Origin: SAR86 cluster bacterium
GTDB taxonomy: Bacteria; Pseudomonadota; Gammaproteobacteria; Magnimaribacterales; D2472
Length of the DNA stretch: 61,604 nt
Assembly (NCBI GenBank): GCA_016779505.1
Contig: JADHNM010000001.1
Location: forward strand, 1-61,604
Direction: 5' to 3'
Shown: piece by piece, positions 51,206-59,083 of the stretch
Position numbering within the stretch: position 1 is the first letter of the stretch
Layout: the number at the start of each line of letters is the position of its first letter
Translations under genes and position numbers: made by a program
Notes under the pieces: model-generated
What the model was told of the DNA's origin: nothing
Seen by the model: the letters and a program-made list of their open reading frames with translations, nothing else
Databases searched by the model: none

Positions 51206-52072
51206 CTATTTAAAACGTGAAATTATTCTAGCCGAACTCTTCTCACAACTCGGACCCATTAAATGAACGCCATCAATACATGGCAGATCCATAATTTTTT
51301 CTATCAGTTCTTGGCATATTTTTTCTCCAGTTTGTGCAGGTGATTCACTCACTTCTAATCGATGGAGTATTTCATCAGAGATATTTACACCCCATAAATT
51401 TTTTCTCATCCAATCACCTTGTTTGGCTGATTTTAAAGGCCCCATTCCAATGATCACCTTACAAGTATTAAAAGAACCTCGATCATTCAATTTATCTGAA
51501 TACTGTTTAATAACATCATAATCAAAACAATATTGAGTTTGAACAAAGCTAGCTCCCTTCTCTATCTTTGCAACTAATTTATCTAGCGCATCTGGTTTTG
51601 AGATTTGAGTATATAAATCATCCGCCGCACCAGAAAAAATTGGCAAAGGATTTTTTATAGCAGTTCCATCGGATAAAGTTCCTCCTGATATAACCTTGCA
51701 AAGCTCAATTAACCCATTTCCATTAAACTCATTCACAACTGCTGGTCCATTCTTATCAGGCTGATCTCCGCTTAAACAGAGAACCTTATTTATACCGACA
51801 GACAGAGCGCCAAGTAAAACAGATTCCAAAGCAATCTGATTCCTGTCCCTGCCAGTAAGCTGCAAAATAACATCTAGCCCTGCTCTTTTAATTTCTGAGG
51901 CCACTAATAAGCTATTTAAACGACTCTTACAGTTTGGGGAATCTGTTACATTTACCGCATCAGCAATTCCAATGAGCTCATTAATTTGGTCGACACATTC
52001 AGCTAAATCTGTAGTGACACCAGGAGTTGTTTCAGATGTAAATATAAAATTAGAGGTATTAAACATTGTCAT
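51206..52072 (-). CDS. Methylenetetrahydrofolate reductase-like (MetF family) protein
   Basis: SFE/TPP-like N-terminus (FTSETTPG), then VNVTDSP, LTGRDRN and LCLSGD. These are MTHFR TIM-barrel landmarks as I recall them. The start is chosen after the AAGGAG site. The longest ORF extends to 52093. Confidence 0.7.
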   Translation of the reverse strand: MTMFNTSNFIFTSETTPGVTTDLAECVDQINELIGIADAVNVTDSPNCKSRLNSLLVASEIKRAGLDVILQLTGRDRNQIALESVLLGALSVGINKVLCLSGDQPDKNGPAVVNEFNGNGLIELCKVISGGTLSDGTAIKNPLPIFSGAADDLYTQISKPDALDKLVAKIEKGASFVQTQYCFDYDVIKQYSDKLNDRGSFNTCKVIIGMGPLKSAKQGDWMRKNLWGVNISDEILHRLEVSESPAQTGEKICQELIEKIMDLPCIDGVHLMGPSCEKSSARIISRFK

Positions 52073-52166
52073 TTCTCCTTCACAAAATAGCAAAAATAAA
52101 AAAGTTTCATGAAATCAACAATGTTCATCCATCAGAATATGATAATTGTTTCTAGGAAAAGTGCTA

Positions 52167-53426
52167 CTAATGTGGAAGTCTTGTAATATCGGCACCAAGA
52201 TATGAGAGCTTTTCTTCAATTCTTTCATACCCCCTATCAATATGATATATGCGGTCTACAATCGTCTCACCTTTGGCGCAAAGTCCTGCCAAAATTAAAC
52301 TTGCAGATGCACGCAGGTCTGTTGCCATAACTGGCGCTCCATTAAGAGAGTCGACTCCCTTAATAAATGCATTACTGCCTTTAACAGTAATATCACAACC
52401 CATCCTGTTAAGCTCTTGAACATGCATGAACCTATTTTCAAATACATTTTCTGTTACAACTGAAGAACCATTAGACAATGCATTTAAAACCGTAAATTGT
52501 GCCTGCATATCTGTTGGAAATCCTGGAAATGGAGCTGTGATGATATCTACCGGTGAAATGAAATCTTGCTCCATGATAAGTTGAATATAATTATCACCGA
52601 TATTTATCGAAGCCCCGCTTAATTTTAATTTATCTAAAATATTATTCATGCGAGGGGCTTGAACATTTGAAATAGTTACATCACCACCAGTTACAGCAGC
52701 TGCAATCAAATATGTTCCAGCCTCTATTCTGTCTGCAGGAATTGAAAATTTTGTTCCTTTAAGCTCCTCAACACCATCAATAATAATTTCATCAGTTCCT
52801 GCTCCATTAACTTTGGCTCCCATTGAATTCAAAAAATTTGCTAAATCTTCAACCTCGGGCTCTTTTGCAACATTTCTTAAAATAGTTTGGCCATTAGCAA
52901 GAACAGCTGCCATCATAATATTCTCTGTTCCGGTCACAGAAACGCCTGGAAAGTTAATTTCACACCCAATTAATTTTTTTGCAGTTGCTTCTATGTAACC
53001 ATTTTTTAGATCGATTTTAGCTCCCAGTTTTTCTAAAGCATCTAGATGAAAATCAACCGGCCTTGTTCCAATCGCACAGCCGCCTGGAAGCGCGATTCTT
53101 GCAAACCCATGTCGAGCTACAAGCGAACCTAGAACTAAAATAGAAGCTCGCATGGTCTTAACAAGTTCATATCTAGCCTCAAAGTCATGTAGTTTAGATG
53201 TAGAAATTATGAAATCCATGCTCTCATTTAAAGTTATATCAGCCCCCATTGAACCTAAGATTTCAAACATGGTAGTGATGTCTTGAAGGTAGGGTAAATT
53301 CTTAAAAGTAATAGGCTGATCGGTTAATATTGTTGCCGCCAACATTGGCAAAGCTGCATTTTTTGCTCCTGAACACGAGATAGATCCAGAGAGTTTATTT
53401 CCACCTACAATCTTTAATTTTTCCAT
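52167..53426 (-). CDS. murA: UDP-N-acetylglucosamine 1-carboxyvinyltransferase
   Basis: ISCSGAKNAALP, active-site LPGGCAIGTRPVD and YHIDRGYE. Confidence 0.97.
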   Translation of the reverse strand: MEKLKIVGGNKLSGSISCSGAKNAALPMLAATILTDQPITFKNLPYLQDITTMFEILGSMGADITLNESMDFIISTSKLHDFEARYELVKTMRASILVLGSLVARHGFARIALPGGCAIGTRPVDFHLDALEKLGAKIDLKNGYIEATAKKLIGCEINFPGVSVTGTENIMMAAVLANGQTILRNVAKEPEVEDLANFLNSMGAKVNGAGTDEIIIDGVEELKGTKFSIPADRIEAGTYLIAAAVTGGDVTISNVQAPRMNNILDKLKLSGASINIGDNYIQLIMEQDFISPVDIITAPFPGFPTDMQAQFTVLNALSNGSSVVTENVFENRFMHVQELNRMGCDITVKGSNAFIKGVDSLNGAPVMATDLRASASLILAGLCAKGETIVDRIYHIDRGYERIEEKLSYLGADITRLPH

Positions 53427-53428
53427 AT

Positions 53429-53650
53429 CTATCCTAGCTCTGATGGAGATTTTGTATTTAAACTCAAAGCATGTAACTCGCCTGATTTAAAATGCTCTTT
53501 TAAGGCACTTAAAACTAACTTGTGTCGTTGTAGAGAAGTTAATCCCTCAAATTCTTCGCTCACAATCAAGACTTTTGAATTGCAATCCTCTCCATCAAAA
53601 GATATCTCAGCTTCAGGAAATTGCAATTTAAGAAAGTGAGTGATGTCCAT
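53429..53650 (-). CDS. ibaG: BolA-family protein IbaG (YrbA)
   Basis: 73 aa with RHKLVLSAL...LHALSLNTKSP. Lies directly upstream of murA as in E. coli/Pseudomonas. Confidence 0.85.
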   Translation of the reverse strand: MDITHFLKLQFPEAEISFDGEDCNSKVLIVSEEFEGLTSLQRHKLVLSALKEHFKSGELHALSLNTKSPSELG

Positions 53651-53670
53651 AAATAAGGTTTGACAGAAGA

Positions 53671-54285
53671 TTAATCTAGATTGGCATCAGAAGTCCAATG
53701 CTTGATTATTTCATCGATATTCTCGTTATGCTCTTTTGCAAGAGCCTGAAATTGATTTCTAAATGTCAGGCCCAAGTTAACCCCATTCACAATTATGTTA
53801 ATGATTAACCAGTTACCACTTTCGTCTTTTCTTACTTTATAAGTTATGGGATAGATGTTACTAGAGGTTATGAGATTCTGCTGAACATCCTCGGTTGTTT
53901 TTAATTCAGATACCTCTGGGAAAATAGTAATAATTTTTTGATCGCCCCATTGAGCTAATGTTGAAGAGTAGGTATCAAGCAAGGAGGCTTTAAAAGATTG
54001 GATAAATTGGAGCCTTTGTGATTTTGAAGCAGCAAGATAATATTTTTTACCCATTACACTCGCACCCACCCTTCTAAAATCAACCATTGGTTCAAAAACA
54101 GTGTTTATCTTGTCTTTAAATAATTCAGGATCGCTAGCATAGAGTGCTTGATTGTTTCTTATGATAGAAACCATTTCTTGAGCTTGGGAATCAATAAATT
54201 GATGAGGATTAGATTCAGCGTTTGCATTACTGTGAAAGCAAAAGATTGCAAGAACAAAAGCTAGAGATTTCAAAGTATGATTCAT
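53671..54285 (-). CDS. mlaC: Periplasmic phospholipid-binding protein MlaC (Ttg2D family)
   Basis: Signal peptide. VDFRRVGASVMGKKYYLAASKSQRLQFIQSFKASLLDTYS matches the MlaC/Ttg2D core. Confidence 0.82.
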   Translation of the reverse strand: MNHTLKSLAFVLAIFCFHSNANAESNPHQFIDSQAQEMVSIIRNNQALYASDPELFKDKINTVFEPMVDFRRVGASVMGKKYYLAASKSQRLQFIQSFKASLLDTYSSTLAQWGDQKIITIFPEVSELKTTEDVQQNLITSSNIYPITYKVRKDESGNWLIINIIVNGVNLGLTFRNQFQALAKEHNENIDEIIKHWTSDANLD

Positions 54286-54324
54286 AAAGGTATTATAACA
54301 TTACTAAAAAACTATGAATGAAAT

Positions 54325-55299
54325 ATGAAAGATAAGAATTTTATCAGTTCAGCTCTAAAAGTCATTGAAATAGAGTCAAGCGCTGTTGCAAGTTTAAAGA
54401 ATCAAATAAAGCCTGATTTTGAGGATCTTTGTTTAAATATTCTTAGTACTAAAGGGAAATTAATTTTAATGGGTATTGGTAAATCAGGTCATATAGCTCA
54501 AAAAATTTCAGCAACATTATCAAGCACTGGCACTGCATCATTTTTTATACATCCAACCGAAGCTGCTCATGGTGACTTAGGGATGATTAACAAGAAAGAT
54601 TCGATCTTGATTTTGTCCAATTCAGGAGAAACAAAGGAAATAATTGAGATTTTGCCTGCATTAAAACGCTCAACTTCTAATATTTTTACTCTTACTAATA
54701 ATAACCAATCAACTATTGCAAAAGCTGGAAAAATTAATCTAGTAATCAGGGCTGATGAGGAAGCTTGCCCATTGGATCTTGCTCCAACTTCCTCAACTAC
54801 AATTGCTCTAGTATTTGGGGATGCTCTAGCCATTGCTTTGTTAGAGGCACGCGGCTTTAGCAAAGATGATTTTGCAAAATCTCATCCAGCTGGACAGCTT
54901 GGAAAAAAACTTACAACACTTGTTCAGGATTTAGCGGTCATGAATGAAAAAGCACCAATGGTCGATCTGAACACATCTTTAAAAGAAGCATTGATGGTGG
55001 TGACTGAAAAAAAACTTGGGGTAACTTTAGTTTCAAATGAAAAAAAAATTGTTGGAGTTTTTACCGATGGTGATTTAAGAAGATGTTTGAATGATGAAGT
55101 AGATATAAATAAGACGCCCATAAAGGATGTAATGACAATTAAATTTAAAAGCATCGAAAGCAAAGCCCTTGCTATTGATGCTGCTGAAATTATGGAAAAA
55201 AATAAAATTTTTACCTTGGTTGTTCATTCCTCAAATCAAAATGAAGAACCCACTGGTATTATTACAATGCATCAACTTCTTGAAGCAGGAATCATTTAA
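54325..55299 (+). CDS. kdsD: Arabinose-5-phosphate isomerase KdsD (SIS plus two CBS domains)
   Basis: GIGKSGHIAQKISATLSSTGT, SNSGET and tandem CBS domains. Confidence 0.93.
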   Translation: MKDKNFISSALKVIEIESSAVASLKNQIKPDFEDLCLNILSTKGKLILMGIGKSGHIAQKISATLSSTGTASFFIHPTEAAHGDLGMINKKDSILILSNSGETKEIIEILPALKRSTSNIFTLTNNNQSTIAKAGKINLVIRADEEACPLDLAPTSSTTIALVFGDALAIALLEARGFSKDDFAKSHPAGQLGKKLTTLVQDLAVMNEKAPMVDLNTSLKEALMVVTEKKLGVTLVSNEKKIVGVFTDGDLRRCLNDEVDINKTPIKDVMTIKFKSIESKALAIDAAEIMEKNKIFTLVVHSSNQNEEPTGIITMHQLLEAGII

Positions 55300-55308
55300 T
55301 TTAAAGCA

Positions 55309-55710
55309 ATGCTTCAAAACTATAAAATTTTATTAATTGTATGTGGATTTTTATATCTTCCTTGTGCAGTTTCAGCAGACAATTTGAGCTTTCAAAATAT
55401 TTCAATCCAATCAGACCAAGTCACCATTGATAAAAAGACAGAGCAATTAGTTTTCAAGAATAATGTTGAGATTAAAATTGATGGCTATGTTATCAAGGGC
55501 TCTAAAGCCCTTTTAAGCAGAAAAGATGAAAAATTAGAAATATATGGTAATCCAGCATCAATCAAATCTGAGGCGATAGATGGAGAAGCAGAGGCATTCG
55601 AAATATATCCAAATAAATCTATGCATTTAATTGGAAATGCAAGGCTTCTAAATAAAGGGAACTCCATCACTTCCAATTTTATTACTTATCAAATTATTGC
55701 AAATGAATAG
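55309..55710 (+). CDS. lptA: LPS transport periplasmic protein LptA (short, 133 aa)
   Basis: Signal peptide (AVSA/DN). OstA-like beta-jellyroll: IQSDQVTIDKKTEQLVFKNNVEI, GNPASIKS and ITSNFITYQI. Lies immediately upstream of lptB. Confidence 0.78.
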   Translation: MLQNYKILLIVCGFLYLPCAVSADNLSFQNISIQSDQVTIDKKTEQLVFKNNVEIKIDGYVIKGSKALLSRKDEKLEIYGNPASIKSEAIDGEAEAFEIYPNKSMHLIGNARLLNKGNSITSNFITYQIIANE

Positions 55711-56428
55711 CGATCGTCTAACCCTAACGAATATCGAAAAATCTTTTGGCTCAAAAAAGATTCTTGCAAACATTAGTTTCTCAATTGGAGTAAGCGAAAT
55801 TGTTGGTTTGCTTGGTCCAAATGGAGCTGGTAAAACAACAGCTTTTTACATAGCCGCTGGTTTAATTTTCCCAAATCGGGGAAAGGTATTTATTAACAAC
55901 CAAGATGTGACCAATGATCCCATGCATGCTCGAGCAAACTTAGGATTAGGCTATTTACCCCAAGAAGCATCAATATTTCCAGATCTGAGTGTGGAAAGCA
56001 ATCTTATGGGAATCGCAGAATTAACTGATGGCAATGAAAAGCAACATATTAGCAAAGTAGAAAAAGTTGTAGATGAGTTTGATTTAAAAAAAATTCTTCA
56101 AACCAAAGGAAGAATGTTATCAGGAGGTCAACGAAGAAAAGTTGAAATAGCTCGAACTTTGATCTGCCAACCTAGCATCATGCTTTTAGATGAGCCCTTC
56201 GCAGGCATTGATCCAATTGCTGTTGAGGAAATAAAAGAATTGCTTCAAGAAATCTCTAAAAAAAATATTTCAATTTTGATCACTGATCATAATGTTAGAG
56301 AAACTCTAAGCTTATGCAACCGAGCCATTATCCTTGATGAGGGAAGCATAATTGCCGAAGGGAATGAAAAGACCTTGAAAGAAAATACTCGCGTTCAACA
56401 AAAATATTTTGGCAAAATGTTTTCCTAA
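55697..56428 (+). CDS. lptB: LPS export ABC transporter ATPase LptB
   Basis: GLLGPNGAGKTT, LSGGQRRKVEIAR and LLDEPFAGIDP. Confidence 0.96.
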   Translation: MQMNSDRLTLTNIEKSFGSKKILANISFSIGVSEIVGLLGPNGAGKTTAFYIAAGLIFPNRGKVFINNQDVTNDPMHARANLGLGYLPQEASIFPDLSVESNLMGIAELTDGNEKQHISKVEKVVDEFDLKKILQTKGRMLSGGQRRKVEIARTLICQPSIMLLDEPFAGIDPIAVEEIKELLQEISKKNISILITDHNVRETLSLCNRAIILDEGSIIAEGNEKTLKENTRVQQKYFGKMFS

Positions 56429-56431
56429 AAA

Positions 56432-57697
56432 ATGGTAATTAAGCTTGTAAGAGAATTTAGACAAAATCAACAGCTATCAATAACTCCGCAATTAAAAAAA
56501 TCAATAGATCTTCTTCAACTGTCAAGATTAGAAATTATAAATAAAATTAATAATGAAATAGATGAAAACCCGTTCTTAAAAAAAGATTTTGAGAGTGAGT
56601 CAGTTGGAGGTTTTGATAATGAAGGTCTAATTGAGAATCTACCAAATGAATTGAGCTTACAGAAACATCTTGAAGTTCAATTGGAAGACATAAAGCTTAA
56701 TAACACAGAGAAAACAATTGCATTGGTAATTATTCAATCTCTAGAAGAAAATGGTTTGCTTCAAATAGATCTAGATGAAATAGAGGCACTCATGGAATTC
56801 AGCTATTCAACCCAAGAAATTGAAAGTGTCTTGAATAATATAATTCAAGACTTAGATCCCCCCGGAGTTGGAGCGAGAAATTTTAAAGAAACGATTTATA
56901 TTCAATTAAGAAAAAAAGATATTCCCACCGAAGAATTAGAAATCGCAAATAAAATTCTATTTAATCCAAAGTTTTCTTCATTTGAGGATGCTCAAGCTGA
57001 TTTAGCAATACATTACTCTAAAAATTCTATTGAATCTGTGCTTGAAAAAATAAAAAAATGCGATCTTTCACCTGGCTTAGAATTTGAATCTACACATTTG
57101 ATCCAACCAGACTTAGAGGTAATTCCAGATAGCAATCAAAATTTTAATGTCCGATTTAGACAAGATAATTTTCCTTTAATTAGCCTTGATCAAGATTTAG
57201 AAAAGCAAGTTAAAAATAAAGCAAATAAAGTTAATAAAAAGCTAAAGGAAAAAATAGGTGAGGCAAAATGGTTAATTAGATCGATTAATAAAAGAAATGA
57301 GACTGTGCAAAATGTTGGTACACTGATTTGCAGAATACAGGCTGATTTTTTGTCTGATAGATGCGCCGAATTGAAACCCCTATCCAATGTGGAGCTTGCA
57401 AAAGAATTAAAGATTAGCCCATCAACTGTTTCAAGGATTTTACGCTCTAAGTATATACAAACACCTAAAGGCGCTGTTTCCATGAAATCACTCTTAGCTA
57501 GCTCTGTATCTAAAACCAGAAAAGTTACACCTATGCAATTAATGGAAGAAATTCAAAATATAGTTGAGGGCGAGAAAAAGAAATTAAGTGATCAAAAAAT
57601 TTCAGATTTGCTAAATAAACGAGGATTCAACTTGGCCCGACGAACCATCGCAAAATATCGAAAAAAAATAAATCTACCAAATTCTAGAAATAGATAA
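56432..57697 (+). CDS. rpoN: RNA polymerase sigma-54 factor
   Basis: Region I LSITPQLKKSIDLLQLSRLEI, an HTH, and the RpoN box RRTIAKYRKKINLP. Confidence 0.94.
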   Translation: MVIKLVREFRQNQQLSITPQLKKSIDLLQLSRLEIINKINNEIDENPFLKKDFESESVGGFDNEGLIENLPNELSLQKHLEVQLEDIKLNNTEKTIALVIIQSLEENGLLQIDLDEIEALMEFSYSTQEIESVLNNIIQDLDPPGVGARNFKETIYIQLRKKDIPTEELEIANKILFNPKFSSFEDAQADLAIHYSKNSIESVLEKIKKCDLSPGLEFESTHLIQPDLEVIPDSNQNFNVRFRQDNFPLISLDQDLEKQVKNKANKVNKKLKEKIGEAKWLIRSINKRNETVQNVGTLICRIQADFLSDRCAELKPLSNVELAKELKISPSTVSRILRSKYIQTPKGAVSMKSLLASSVSKTRKVTPMQLMEEIQNIVEGEKKKLSDQKISDLLNKRGFNLARRTIAKYRKKINLPNSRNR

Positions 57698-57727
57698 TTC
57701 ATAATTTAGTGAGTTAGAATTGAGCTT

Positions 57728-59083
57728 ATGAATGAGATAACCACTCGCCACTTCTCGTCTGAAGATCTGTTAAAAACAATTCAGGGACAAGAAGTTGAGC
57801 CGTCTATTAATCAAATTAAAAGAATTTTGTCTAGCATGCATCCATCTGAGGTGGCACACAGCATAGAGTCTCTGCCGCCCAAAGAAAGAAAATTTCTATG
57901 GTCACTGATTGAAACTCAGGATGAAGGAGAAATCATTGCTGAATTACATGATGAAATTCAACAAGAGCTTATTTCAGAAATTTCATCTGAAGAGCTTATT
58001 ACCATAATTGGTGATTTAGAACTTGATGAAATTGTTGATATTCTTCAAGTTCTTCCAGATCAAAAAACAGAGAATATTTTATCAGCCATGTCTCAAAGAG
58101 ATAGGCAAAGAATTCAGGAAGCCTTGGAATATCCAGAGGATTCTGCTGGCGGATTAATGAATACAGACATTATAAGTGTTAGGCCAAAACATAATCTTGA
58201 GGTGGTAATGAGATATCTTAGAGCCCAACGAGAATTGCCAAAGAATACTGATCAAATATTTGTTGTTTCAAGAGAAAATAAATATTTAGGATCCTTGCCA
58301 ATTTCTTCAATTGTTGTCTCAGATCCTAGTTTAAATGTAAGAGAACTCATGGAAAGTGAAATTCAGCCATTAGAAGCAAACTTAAATGATAAAGATGTAT
58401 CAAGATTGTTTGAACAAAATGATTGGGTATCAGCACCAGTTGTAGATAGCGAATCAAGATTAATTGGAAGGATCACAATCGATGATGTCGTTGATGTCAT
58501 TATGGAAGATGCTGATCAGAATTTTCTTGGAATGGCTGGAGTTGCTGAGGATACATTTGCTGCGCCAGCAAGAGCAGCAAGGAGTAGGATTTTGTGGCTA
58601 TCAATTAATCTGATGACTGCATTTATAGCATCTATGACAATTAGTCTCTTTCAAGCCACAATTGATCAAATAGTATATCTAGCCATTTTGATGCCCATCG
58701 TTGCAAGCATGGGTGGAGTTGCTGGAACACAAACTTTAACAATTATGATAAGAGGATTAACTCTCCAACAAATAAATAAATCTAATTTAAGATGGCTTTA
58801 TAAAAGGGAATTAGCCGTATCAATTGTCAATGGAATCCTGTTATCCATCTTGGTTGGAGGAATAACATATTTTTGGTTTAGCGATGGAATCATTGCACTA
58901 CTTATTTGCGTTGCCATGGTTGTAAATTTAATATGTTCTGCAATTGCTGGTATTTTTATTCCTATTATTCTTCAAAAATTCAACCAGGATCCAGCAATTG
59001 CCGGAAGCGTTGTTGTAACAACCGTTACTGATGTAATAGGTTTCTTCTCTTTCCTCGGTCTTGCAACTATATTTCTTATTTAA
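57728..59083 (+). CDS. mgtE: Magnesium transporter MgtE
   Basis: MgtE N-domain (HPSEVAHSIESL), tandem CBS domains and a 5-TM channel domain ending VTDVIGFFSFLGLA. Confidence 0.94.
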   Translation: MNEITTRHFSSEDLLKTIQGQEVEPSINQIKRILSSMHPSEVAHSIESLPPKERKFLWSLIETQDEGEIIAELHDEIQQELISEISSEELITIIGDLELDEIVDILQVLPDQKTENILSAMSQRDRQRIQEALEYPEDSAGGLMNTDIISVRPKHNLEVVMRYLRAQRELPKNTDQIFVVSRENKYLGSLPISSIVVSDPSLNVRELMESEIQPLEANLNDKDVSRLFEQNDWVSAPVVDSESRLIGRITIDDVVDVIMEDADQNFLGMAGVAEDTFAAPARAARSRILWLSINLMTAFIASMTISLFQATIDQIVYLAILMPIVASMGGVAGTQTLTIMIRGLTLQQINKSNLRWLYKRELAVSIVNGILLSILVGGITYFWFSDGIIALLICVAMVVNLICSAIAGIFIPIILQKFNQDPAIAGSVVVTTVTDVIGFFSFLGLATIFLI

